A stretch of DNA of 64,000 bases, taken from the NCBI RefSeq assembly GCF_009914755.1, contig NC_060941.1, one strand, 5' to 3'. The stretch comes from the human T2T-CHM13v2.0 reference genome, Homo sapiens. Below are positions 34,821-57,504 of this stretch, piece by piece (position 1 is the first letter of the stretch; every line of letters starts with the position of its first letter). The notes beneath the pieces were generated by a model. It was not told the origin of the DNA. It saw only the letters and a program-made list of their open reading frames with translations, and searched no databases. Made by a program: the position numbers and the translations under genes.

Positions 34821-35312
34821 TCTCAAGACTCCTCACTGTACTCTCACAGCTTGGTCTCCATACAAATGAAGTTCACCCTCTGGGCTCTGAAACAGCTTCT
34901 CACTCCACCCAAAAAGATCCAGTGGGATTTGGGTGCTTCAATGTGCAGGGTTAGAGAGAGGGAAGAATCAGTAATGACTAAGCTTTCAAGCGCTACTCAC
35001 GGGGAGGATGGCAATGCTGCTACCAAAATACTTAGTTCAAAGCAGATTGAGATTGAAGAAGGACGGTTCTGATTTGGAGAGACTGAGTTTGAGGTAATGG
35101 TAAGAGCATGTCCATGCAGAAAAGGCCATACTATTAGATGGTAATTGACCCTCTGGAGACCTGAGGACGGCATTCTCCACATTTAATCATTGGGAAATAT
35201 CTTCCTCTGCTCATGCCTTTTGCCCCCTGGTGGTCTCCAACTCCACCCCTTCCCTGGATGAGTTAGCCTCCATGGGAGAGACTTAAATATCTATCCCTCA
35301 GCCAGAGGTTGA

Positions 35313-35636
<324 letters not shown>

Positions 35637-36742
35637 GAGTATTTTATTAGCAGTGATTAGGGCTGGGAAAAGAAAAGCATTACCTAAGTGATCATATATG
35701 TGGGCAGTTCATGGCACTGTAAAAGACTTTGGCCCTATCTGGTGATCAGATAAATAGCATGTGTGTTGGATGATGCAAAATTAGAACCAGGAGACAGAAG
35801 AGTGAAAAGCTCAGTGATGGTGGAGTTGGAGGCATGGGGAATTCAGGGTGTGGGTATCTGCTTACCTAAGACTCTATTTGTGTGAGAGTTCACCTGTATA
35901 TTCAATGAAACAGCGCTACTTGGTATCCACCAAACCCACCTGGGAGCCTAAGCCTGGAGACTCACCCTACTCAAAAGCCCTTTTTACATTCTTCGTATTT
36001 GGTAAACGGTCAGTACTTTTGAGCCCAAATTTCCCAGACTCTATACGGAGAAATGCAATGTAATATTACTACTTGGAAAATCTAAAAGGCTGGTAGTCAC
36101 CAGCTATGGAGCTGGAAATGTCCTCGGTGATGTTTCCTCGTTTAGTTTCACTGTTTTTCATCTCATTTCGCTTTTTTTCTGAAATGTCCGGACCAAATCT
36201 CACGGCCTCGCATGTTAATCTTTTAATAGTCTGGGCCACGACAGGCATCTCACTACTGCCATGGTGTATGACAGCACGTGTATGCGGGGGGTGCAGGGAC
36301 ACAGGTTGTGGGGAGCATGCTTTCCAGCTTCCCCTGAAGCTTCCCTTTCATCCTCTGGGATCTTGTGTACCTCAACTATGGCCATGCCACCATCTGTAGA
36401 CTTGGGGTTTCCTCCCAGAACTTTGGCCTCAGGAAAATAATTTTTCCCTTTACCTTTCTAATGTAACATTTGTTCCCCTTTCTACATCAATTCATGGATC
36501 TCTGTTTGAGTCTGTCCAATGCCACTCTTGTTACCCATTAAGAGTCAGATATCAAGTCTTTTCATACTACATCTAAATCTTCAACTTCCTTCCCCTTACA
36601 TTTCATGCGTTCTTCCATCCCGGCCCTGTCCTGGACATTGCTATCAAGATCTCATTGATGATTGTTATCAACACCTCATCCTCCTTCTGCCACCACCGGC
36701 CCCATCTAACACTGCTCAGTCCACTGCTAGTGGAAGACAGCC

Positions 36743-37789
36743 ATGGATCTGGGGAACTCAGGGAATGATTCAGTTGTGACCAAGTTTGTCCTGCTGGGCC
36801 TCACAGAGACTGCAGCTCTACAGCCCATCCTCTTTGTCATCTTCCTTCTTGCTTACGTCACTACCGTTGGAGGCACCCTCAGCATCCTGGCGGCCATCCT
36901 TATGGAAACCAAACTCCACAGCCCCATGTACTTCTTCCTGGGGAACTTGTCCCTGCCAGATGTGGGGTGTGTCAGTGTCACTGTCCCTGCCATGCTGAGG
37001 CATTTCATATCCAACGACAGAAGCATTCCCTATAAGGCCTGCCTCTCCCAGCTCTTCTTCTTCCACCTCCTGGCTGGGGCAGACTGCTTCTTGCTGACCG
37101 TCATGGCCTATGACCGCTATCTGGCCATCTGCCAGTCCCTCACCTACAGCAGCCGCATGAGCTGGGGAATCCAGCAAGCCCTGGTGGGCATGTCATGTGT
37201 CTTTTCCTTCACCAATGCACTGACCCAAACTGTTGCCCTGTCTACTCTTAACTTCTGTGGCCCCAGTGTGATCAATCACTTCTACTGTGACCTCCCACAG
37301 CCCTTCCAGCTCTCCTGCTCCAGTGTTCATCTCAATGGGCAGTTGCTGTTTGTAGCAGCAGCTTTCATGGGTGTGGCCCCCTTGGTCCTCATCACTGTGT
37401 CCTATGCCCATGTGGCAGCTGCAGTCCTGCGAATCCGCTCTGCAGAGGGCAGAAAGAAAGCCTTCTCCACGTGTAGTTCCCACCTCACTGTGGTGGGCAT
37501 CTTCTATGGGACGGGCGTCTTCAGCTACACAAGGCTGGGTTCAGTGGAGTCTTCGGACAAGGACAAGGGCATTGGCATCCTCAACACTGTCATCAGCCCC
37601 ATGCTGAACCCACTCATCTACTGGACATCTCTGCTGGACATCGGGTGCATCAGTCACTGTTCCTCCGATGCTGGCGTGTCTCCAGGCCCACCAGTGCAGA
37701 GTTCCCTATGCTGCCTGCAGTTCACAGCTCTTCTTTCCCCACCTCCTGGCTGGGGTGGACTGTCACCTCTTAATAGCCATGGCCTATGA
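36743..37789 (+). pseudogene. OR3A4P: OR3A4P: an OR ORF intact through TM7 (NPLIY), fused to a second OR and giving a 348-aa ORF with a 55-aa non-canonical tail
   Basis: OR motifs [21 protein letters not shown] and PMLNPLIY are present. The SLRN helix-8 motif is replaced at 37622 by TM2 sequence of a paralog. Confidence 0.88.
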
Positions 37790-38366
37790 CCGCTACCTGG
37801 CTATCTGTCAGCTTCTCACCAACAGCACTCGCATGAGCTGTGAAGTCCAGGGTGCCCTGGTGGGAATTTGCTGCACTGTCTCCTTCATCAATGCTCTGAC
37901 TCACACAGTGGCTGTGTCTGCGCTTGACTTCTGTGGCCCTAATGTGGTCAACCACTTCTACTGTGACCTCCCACCTCTTTTCCAGCTCTCTTGCTCCAGC
38001 ATCCACCTCAATGGGCAGCTGCTGCTTGTGGGGGCCACCTTCATAGGAGTGATACCCATGATCTTTATCTCAGTGTCCTATGCCCACGTCACAGCTGCAA
38101 TATTACGAATCCGCTCAGCTGAGGGGAGGAAGAAGGCTTTCTCCACATGTGGCTCCCACCTCACTGTGGTCTGAATCTTTTATGGAACTGGCTTCTTCAG
38201 TTACATGTGTCTGGGCTCAGTCTCAGCCTCAGACAAAGATAAGGGGATTGGGATCCTCAACACTATCCTCAGTCCCATGCTGAACCCAGTCATTTACAGC
38301 CTCCAGAACCCTGATGTGCAGGGCACCCTGAAAAGGGTGCTGACAGGGAAGAGGCCCCCAGCTTGA
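37622..38366 (+). pseudogene. Second OR3A-family remnant (OR3A5P-like) lacking the N-terminus and TM1, with a frameshift near 37655 and an in-frame TGA at 38172-38174
   Basis: SLLDIGCIS (TM2), then frame 37668.. [10 protein letters not shown]…[17 protein letters not shown]…[16 protein letters not shown]…RPPA* (stop 38364-38366). Confidence 0.88.
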
Positions 38367-39059
38367 GAAGATGGGGTTCAAAATGCAACCTCCCTCCTCG
38401 AGCAACCCCCCGACTTTCTTATGCTGAAGGACTAGGTATGGGCAGGAAAAATCCTCAGCGTCGGGTCATAAAATGGGAGGAAAGTAGATAGTCTTGGTCA
38501 GGGTAGAGTGTGGTCTGCCTTGGATTGAGGAGAAAGGCAAAAGCTTAGGTGAGAGAGTATCTAAGTTACTGATACAAAGTGAATTGAAGACAAGAGAAAA
38601 ATATGATGTGGGTCAGGTAGCGGGAGACATACTATTTTGTATTTTTTTAATTTAATGATTGTTCAATTGAAACATATATAAAATGTTAATAAAAATGAAA
38701 TGTCTGGCCTCCTTTTTAGCAAAACTATATTTGTATTCGAGTGTTGGGTGTGATTTTTAAAAGGCTCTACTTTAAGAAATAGGTCTAGTATTGTAAAGTT
38801 AAATTTGGGCTTGACATACACTAGGAGCAGAGTGTTGGTACTTGTCAGAGCACCCTGCAAGCACCTTCTTCAGAGCAACATCATCAAACACCTGTTCCCA
38901 AAACTGCAGCCCCTTTCTGACTACTTATTAGTAGGGACAACACAGGTACATGGCAGTGCATGAGCCTATTCTCACAACCTGCCCCCGCCCCCTGACCAGA
39001 AACATAAGAATGTGTCACTATATGTTCCCTGAGAAGAAGCATTAATAACTAGTAAGATA

Positions 39060-39355
39060 GATTTATTTATTTATGAGATGGAGTTTCGCTCGGTCGCCCA
39101 GGCTGGAGTGCAGCGGCACGATCTTGGCTCACTGCAGCCTCTGCCTCCTGGGTTCAAGTGATTCCCCTGCCTTAGCCTCCCGATAGCTGGGATTACAGGT
39201 GCCTGCCACCACGTCCGGCTAATTTTTGTATTTTTACTGGAGACGGGGTTTTACCATATTGGCCAGGCTGGTCTTGAAGTCCTGACCTCATGTGATCCAC
39301 CCGCCTCAGTCTCCCAAAGTGCTGAGATTACAGGTGTGAGTCACTGCACCTGGCC
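39060..39355 (-). mobile_element. AluS
   Basis: Alu consensus with (TTTA)n tail. Confidence 0.88.
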
Positions 39356-41119
39356 ATAAGTTTTAGTTTCAATGGCAAAATACACTGATTTATGTTGGAC
39401 ATTCTGTTTAATTCATATGTACAGATAATTAGTAAAGGTGAGGAGACTGATAAGAAGGGGAAACTAGAGGGGAATATCATTTGCAATTTATCAATGAGTA
39501 AGTACTGGAACTTGAGATTTTAACAACAGAGTGAAATTACGGCAATCCAGAGAGAAATAATAGAATCATAGTCAATTTCGTGCACTATCGTGGCCATTTC
39601 TAGAACTTATTCTGTGAATCCTTCAGGCACTTCCTGGACAAGAAGTTGGAAATTGAAGACTCACCTTGTCCGACATGCTTATTATTTGAGGAGGGCAGCA
39701 GGGAACCCTTAAGGGGCCTTAGATTATCTCAGCACACAGAGGTATCCACAGTTATTCTCCACATCCAGCCATCCGCTGGGTCCCACTGAACATTATGCTG
39801 GACTCTCTTACACCATTGTCCTCTGGCAGACAGCTGCCTCCCAGCTGGGACCCATGCCATCCAACAGTCTCTGAGCCCTGGGCTCCTCCCTAACTCAGTG
39901 CTGTCTACACTGCCCCATTAATCCCCTGGAACAATATCTGCTCAGTGTCATTTCATCTGCCAAAGGCTGCCAAGTCTTTCTGATCAAATCTAGACCTTTC
40001 TCAGGTAGGCAAAGTCTTCCATCATTCCTTCCTGGCTTCTCCACTCAATCTTCATCTTTCAACCACGGGTGCTCACTTAGGTGGCTCATGAAGCCCTTGG
40101 TTTGTATTCAGTGTTCTTAATCTCCTCTGAAAGAGTGTAGCCTACACAGCATGACAGCATCATAATTTTCTCTGTATTCCTCCAGCTTCTTTTATTCTTC
40201 CCAGCTAGGTTATAATCTCCTTAAGGACGGGATCCATGTCTTATATTATGTCTTCCAAACACACAACAGAGTGCTGAGTAGATAGCTGATGTTCAAGCCA
40301 TCTTGTGGGTTATTTGATAGCAGAAAGCATGACTTATGATAAGAAATTTGTCTTTCACATAGGAAGTCAGTGAAACTGCTAGATGTTTTCAAAATATCCT
40401 CAAGGTCCCAATATTAGGATAGTATAAAGATATAAAGAGAAAATTTTTTAAAGATAAATTTTCTTCTGATGAAATAAAGACAATCATTGAATTTGACATA
40501 ACAGGGAAAAGGCTTCCTAACTTTGTGCATGAACTGCAATATCATTTCTCCTCAAACAAAAAAACCCTGAAACTAAAACCAAAGAAGTACCTCCTTCTTG
40601 CAAAAAATTATAAACAGAGCATTTAATTAGCAAAATCTGAGCATAACACTACAGGTTGGGAAATCCTATAATATCCAAAGACTTGGGAAAGCATTACAGA
40701 GAGAAGTGTAATAATAAATGAGTGATCACAAGTTGTGTCAGTGTTTGTCTTTCCTTAATTCATCTTCTAAAGTAAAGAGTTTTTAACTCTGCTATGCAAA
40801 TATAAATAATTCATGTTTTATGTAAATAATTTAAATAAAAAGCATATATTTGTTTAAAAAGAAGAGTGAAGGTATTGACATGAGAAGTTGTATAGCACAT
40901 ATGACTAAATTGAGAAAGTGATGATGATGTAAACATGTGTATGGGCTGAAAATCCTGGAGGAAAACCCGTAAGCTGCACACGGTGATTCCCTCTGTGGAG
41001 GGAATAGGACTGGGGAGGGCAGTGGAAAATGGGGAATGACTTTCGGTTTTTACTCCATTTACTCTGGTATTATTCAAAGTTTTTCACTGAGTTCTGTAAT
41101 TTTAAAAAATTAAATACAT

Positions 41120-42135
41120 ATATTTTTTAAATTTCCACTTTTACTTTAGATAAGGAGATGTATGTGCAGATTTGTTACTTGGTAATACTGCATGATGCTG
41201 AGATTTGGAGTCCACATTCCATCACCTTGGTCATGAACACAGTACCCGATAGGCAGTTTTTTAATCCACACCTTCTCCCTCCTCTTTTTAGTAGTTCACA
41301 GTGTCTCTTGTTCTCATATTTATGTCCATGTGTACTCAATGCTTAGCTGTTAATGATTAGAACGTGGTATTTTATTTTCTGTTTCTGCATTAATTTGCTT
41401 AGGAGAATGACCTCCAGCTGCATCCATGTTGTGGCAAAGGACATTATTTCATTCCTTTTTATGGCTGCATAGTATTCCATAGTGTATATGTACCACATTT
41501 TCCTTATCCAGCTCACCACTGATGGGTACCTGGGTTGATTCCATGTCTTTGCTATTGTGAATAGCTCAGTAGTAAACATATAAGTGCATGTGTCTTTGTG
41601 GTAGAATGATTTACTCTCCTTTGGATATGTATCCAGTAATGGGACTGCTGGGTCAAATAATAGCTCTGTTTTAAGTTCTTTGAGAAATCTCCAGACTGCT
41701 TTCCACAGGGGCTGCACAAAGTTACATTTCCACCAACAACGTAGAAGCGTTCTCTTTTCTCTGCAGCCTTGCCAGCATCTGTTGCTTGTCGACTTTTTAA
41801 TAGTAGCCATTCTGACTGGTGTGAAGTGGTGTCTCACTGTGATTTTGATTTGCATTCCTCTGATGATTAGTGATGCTGAGCACTTTTTCATGGGTTTGTT
41901 GGCCACTTGTATGTCTTCTTTTGAGAAGCGTCTGTTCATGTTCTTTGCCCATTTTTTAATGAGATTATTTGATTTTTGCTTGTTGATTTGTTGAAGTTCC
42001 CTATAGGTTCTGGATATTAGGCCTTTGTCAGATGCACAGTTTGTGAATATTTTCTCCCAATCCATAGGTTGTCTGTTTATTCTGCTGATGGTTGATTTTG
42101 CTATGCGGATCTTTAATTAGGTCCCACTTGTCAAT
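41120..42135 (-). mobile_element. Older L1PA/L1PB 3' fragment
   Basis: ORF 41343..42065 is a diverged L1 ORF2 C-terminus; 3'UTR lies to the left. Confidence 0.88.
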
Positions 42136-43919
42136 AACTAACTAACTAAATAAAACTTTTAAAGTGCTAAATGGTGAAAATATAGGGGGGGCGGTAGTAA
42201 GATGAGTCTACTATAGTGTTTTCTCTCCAGCCTTCAGAGTGTCCCGTCATCCTCACCTTTAAGGAAACTAGTGAGTTGTCCCATCTATCCAACACAAGCC
42301 CACCTTGTTCACTTGATCAAGATTTAGAGGCAGTCATCTTGTCCATCTCTCTTCATCTAAGTGAAGAATCAAACCAAACAGCTCTTATCCTTAAGAGAAT
42401 AGCCCTGGTGGACCTTCTTACCTCTTTCCATCTCCTGTCCCTGAAGATTGAAATATCACCCTCCACTCCACACCAACCCTCATCCTGCACCACCATCAAC
42501 AACCTGTCCCCCCAGCACCCACTTCCCTGTTGCACAGTTTTGAATCTTTATATGAAATTCCAGTCAAAGGTGGTGACTAATCTTGGTTGGGATGAATGTA
42601 TGATCTATGCAGATATAAGTCCATGGATTCCTGACACTAAAAGAAACTTCTAGCAAAATTTTTGCCCAGCCATCCTAACTGAGATAGCTCATATTCAAAG
42701 AAACATGTTTCAGACATTGTGAGTTCTCAACACATCTGTGAACTGTTGAGTACATCCACAATCCATGTGTCAAGCTCAGCAGATGTCATTTTACACACCA
42801 TGGGCATCTACATATGTCTACTTGGAGATGATCTCACACACATCCCAACAATACCTCCTTCTCCCACATCCATCCTACCATCTGTGTCCAGCCCAGAGAA
42901 AAGCTCTACTAGGACTCAGCAGAATTATAACAGTAGTATATTTTATCTTATTATTTTATTAGCACATAGCAATATTTACAAAGCAATTTTAAAATCTGTG
43001 TTCTCATTTGAATTTTTCAGTGGCACAGTTGAATGTAACCCACAGTGACAACCAGGACCCGGATTAGAAAATAGGAAGGCCAGCTTTTATTATTCTCACT
43101 TCACAGATGACAGGTTAGGTGACTTGCCAGAGGCCATAGAGTTAGGCCCAGTAGCTTTGCCTCCTTCCCTGCATCCAGTTAATCATCAAAGAATTCAAAA
43201 CTAAACAGAGTGATAATGACTGTGGGTGCAATGAGTTTCAGAAATGCAAAAGGCAGTACAGTTGAATGAAGAGAACCTTCAACAGAATATATGGAGATCA
43301 ACGTTTTAATTCAGTCTCTGCTATTTTTAGCCTACAGATCTGTTCAAGTTTTGATTCTTTATCTACAAAATTAGTCACTTCCAAGTATCTCAGGCTTTTT
43401 TCACTCACCTACTACATAGTAAATACTCAAGCCCAGACAGGATGCCAAAGACTGCAGGGATTAAGAGACTATGAGCTATTAAACGGACAGGCAATAAGGT
43501 TGAGTACCGGTGCATAAACCCAGAAACTATTTATACAGTGGATCAGATGAGCAGAAGTTCATTCTGGGGCTTCAGCAGCTGGAGAGATGCCAGAATTGGA
43601 GGTGGTAACAGTGAGCCAGGAAGAGACGTGAAGGCCTGAGAAGTAGCAATAAGTGAAACAGAAAGAAGTGAGCTTTGGAAAGAGTCTTGAAACATCAGCC
43701 AGAAAATATTTAACCTCTCTTTTAGACTATGTTTGTAAAATCTTGGAGGGTAAAGATATCAGGGATCTGAAAGGGTTACCTTTATTTGGTATTTACAGGT
43801 AGTTGTCCAGGCCAGAATATAAGGACAAATAAATACAAATCCAGCATCTTCTGTGTGGCAGGCAGCAAGCTGGGAAGCTCACGCACCTTGTTGCATTAAG
43901 TTAACTTTGGTCAAGTGAA

Positions 43920-44095
43920 CATAGCATTGGAGTGAGAAGTTGGGAGGCCGGGGCTCTGGGCTAACACTGCTCCTTGCTAGCTGTGTGACACAGGGTAGAT
44001 CATTTCCTCCCTGTGGGCCCCAGTTTTCCCATCCATAAAATAGGAATGGGAATCATACCATGAACTTCATATGATTATTTTGGGGACTAAATGAA
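43920..44095 (+). mobile_element. MIR
   Basis: 'tagctgtgtgacacagggtagatcatttcctccctgtgggccccagttttcccatccataaaatagg'. Confidence 0.7.
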
Positions 44096-45664
44096 TTGAG
44101 GTACAGAATTACTGAGTCAACAAGTATAGTGTAGAACATTTTAAAATTTCATTGGGTTTTGAGTTGAAGGAGTTACCCTATTTCTAGAGTTGTGCCCTCT
44201 CTCTAATAAAAGCCAGAGTAGGAATTTATCTCCCCAGGCCCAAAACTCTACCCCTCCCGGCCAGTGCTATGCCCTTTGTACCACACTAGCCCTCACTTTC
44301 CATGAATGAACTAGTGAAGAATTCAGGCCTGTAGAAGCCACAGTGTCCCCCCGCTCTCTCCACACTGGGAGAGAGCATGATTAATCTCTTGGGATCCACA
44401 CCACTTCAGTTTATTTTGGCGTTTTAGTTAAGCAGCAACTCACTGATAAACTTTGCTAACTTCCCCAGTTCAACAGGGTCTCGGGAGATATCTATCCAGC
44501 AAGTCTTCAAAGAAAGGTTCCCACAGAGACAGCCAGGGCTAGGATTGGGGAGTTAAGTGCTTACAAGTTCCACAAACAGAATCCCCTAATTAGCTCCCAA
44601 ATGAGAGTTCAGGATAATGCAGCCTAGGTGCTGAGGGAAGACTGGGAATTTCCTAACTGTCTTCTGTGTCTCTGCTAATAAGGCCAGAGGGAAGGGATGC
44701 ACAGAAAGAGATTCACTTTCTTTTTGGTCCTTAGTCTGAAAGAAACTGGGACCTTAGAGAGTGGAAGAGGCCAATTAGTGATGGGGGAGTTCAGTACTTT
44801 TGTTAGCAAGACTCATTAGCCAAGTTGTGACTAGCAGGAAGATGAGTTTAAAACGAGAATGCCTGGGCATGAGTCAGCCTCCCTGTAAACGCTAGCCTCC
44901 CCTTTATTTGCTTGTTGTCTGCTTATCGAGACCGCATTCCTCCAGCCTCCTTCACACCCCAGAACTTCCTTGTTCTTCCACTGTTCTTCCTACCCAGCAC
45001 AGCCTGCTTACTTTTTAGTTCCACGTGAATAAATGCATCTGCTTCAGTGTTTGCAATGGCTACATCATTTGACAACTGCATTATCAACCCTCTATCTTCA
45101 CCCTTTAGGTTGTTTCCAGTTTTTCACTATTAAGAACCATAATTTGATGTGTTTTTTCCACAGCTATTTCCCTAAATGGGCCACATGTATGTGTATATTT
45201 TCAACACTTTTATGAATATTGACAAACTATCAACTAGACAGATTGTACCACCAATTCAGTGCGAGAGGGCCACTTTCCTAACCCTAACCAACCCTAAGTA
45301 TTGCCATTTTTAAACATCCTTACAATGTGATCAGTGAATCTCTATTTCCTATTGTTGTTTTACTTTGCATTTTTTTAAATAAACCCTATTCTATAGCTTT
45401 AAATGTAAACAAAACAACTCCCTCCATTTTCAAGTATGTCTTAAACCTCCATTGCTTTTACCTGCTACATACACACCAAATCATGGTGTACACTGGTGTA
45501 TAAATGATAAGTAGTCCATAGCCTTTACTATCATTGAAAAAACAGTGTCCCTCCACTAATTAATTCATTTATTTAGCAAACATTATGATTCTACTGTATG
45601 CAAGGACAATCTATATGAATATACACTAACTTCAGTGTATTCCATATTGTTGGGTTATTGAGTC

Positions 45665-45752
45665 TGAGGGATTAGCAGATTTATTTGTAAAGGACTAGGC
45701 AGTAAATATTTTAGGCATTGGGGGCCACATATATCTCTCTTGCTGCTGCTGC
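45665..45752 (+). mobile_element. MER58-like fragment truncated at the L1 tail
   Basis: 'tgtaaaggactaggcagtaaatattttaggcattgggggccaca' resembles the MER58 5' end. Confidence 0.55.
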
Positions 45753-45759
45753 TTTTTAA

Positions 45760-51268
<5,509 letters not shown>

Positions 51269-51619
51269 AGATTTTCTTCTTATGTGAATGCATGTATTAA
51301 GTATTTGTCATAGATGCTGCAAATATTTTCCTTATTAAATCTGTCCTACTCATGCTAATGATGTTTTTGACATACAGACTTTTACACAGTCAAGCATATG
51401 CACATTTTACTTTATGACTTCTGTCTTTGCTGTTATGCTTGAAACTATTTCCCCATCTCAAGTTCATATTGTCATCTATTTTTTTTACTATTTTTATGAT
51501 TTTGTTTTTTATATCTTATGTTTTATACTTTCATATTCAAAATTCATTTTAGTAAATGTTGTGATAAAGGGGTACAACTTTATTTTAACTCTACAGCTTG
51601 TGTTCAAAGATCCTTCCAA

Positions 51620-51926
<307 letters not shown>

Positions 51927-52113
51927 TGTTCTAAATGTTTTAAGTATCTCTTTTTATCAAATTTTAAATGTATATAGATATATATACACACACTTGTATT
52001 TTCTTCTGAACTTTATATTCTGTTACAGCAGTCCGTGTTAGTATACCACAATGTTTCAATAACTGTAGCTTTATTTATTTTTTCTGATCAAGCCTCTTTT
52101 TAAAAATTAAGGT

Positions 52114-52148
52114 ATCACATCTCAGCCTTTTGGTTAAGATCAAGTGTA
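52114..52148 (+). pseudogene. 3'-truncated (tailless) U2 snRNA retropseudogene, about nt 1-35
   Basis: ATCACATCTCAGCCTTTTGGTTAAGATCAAGTGTA vs U2 5' end ATCGCTTCTCGGCCTTTTGGCTAAGATCAAGTGTA; TSD AAAAATT(A/G)AGGT at 52102-52113 and 52148-52159. Confidence 0.88.
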
Positions 52149-53189
52149 AAAATTGAGGTAAGATATACATGTAAAATTTACCATCTTTACTACTTTTTCT
52201 CTCTTCAACTTTCACTTTAAGTTCCAGGGTATACGTGCAGGATGTGCAGGTTTATTACATAGGTAGATGTGTGCCATGGTGGGTTGCTGCACAGATCAAC
52301 CCATCACCTAGGCATTAAGCCCAGCATCCATTAGCTGTTCTTCCTGATGCTCTCCCTTCCCCTACTCCCCCTGAAGGTTCTGGTGTGTGTTGTTTCCCCG
52401 AATGTGTCCATGTGCTCTCATAGTTCATCTCCCGCTTATAAGTGAGAACATGAGGTGTTTGGTTTTCTGTGCCCGCATTAGTTTGCTAAGGATAATGGCT
52501 TCCAGCTCCATCCATGTTCCTGCAAAGGACAGGATCTCATTCATTTCTATGGCTGCATAGTATATCATGGTGTATATGTACCACATTTTCTTTATCCAGT
52601 CTATCATTGATGGGCATCTGGGTTGATTCCATGTCTTTGCTATTATGAATAGTGCTGCAATGAACATATGTGTGCATGTATCTTTATAATAGAATGATTT
52701 CTATTCATTTGGGTTTATACCCAGTAATGGGATTGCTGGGTCAAATGTAAAACCCCAAACTATAAAAACCATAGAAGAAAATCTAGGCAATACCATTCAG
52801 AACATAGGCATCGGCAAAGATTGTTGCGGGAAGTCAGGGACCCCAAATGGAGGGACCGGCTGGAGCTGCAGCAGAGGAACATAAATTGTGGAGATTTCAT
52901 TTTAATATGGACATTTATCAGTTCCTGAAATTAATACTTTTATAATTTCTTATGCCTGTCTTTTTTTTTTCTTCTTTTTTTATTATACTTTAAGTTTTAG
53001 GGTACATATGCACATTGTGCAGGTCAGTTACATATGTATACATGTGCCATGCTGGTGTGCTGCACCCACTAACTCGTCATCTAGTATTAGGTATATCTCC
53101 CAATGCTATCCCTCCCCCCTCCCCCCACCCCACCACAGTCCCCACAGTGTGATATTCCCCTTCCTGTGTCCATGTGATCTCATTGTTCA

Positions 53190-56108
<2,919 letters not shown>

Positions 56109-56111
56109 TCA

Positions 56112-56516
<405 letters not shown>

Positions 56517-56574
56517 CTATTCTCTGATGGTAGTTTGTATTTCTGTGGGATCGGTGGTGATATCCCCTTTATCA

Positions 56575-57504
<930 letters not shown>

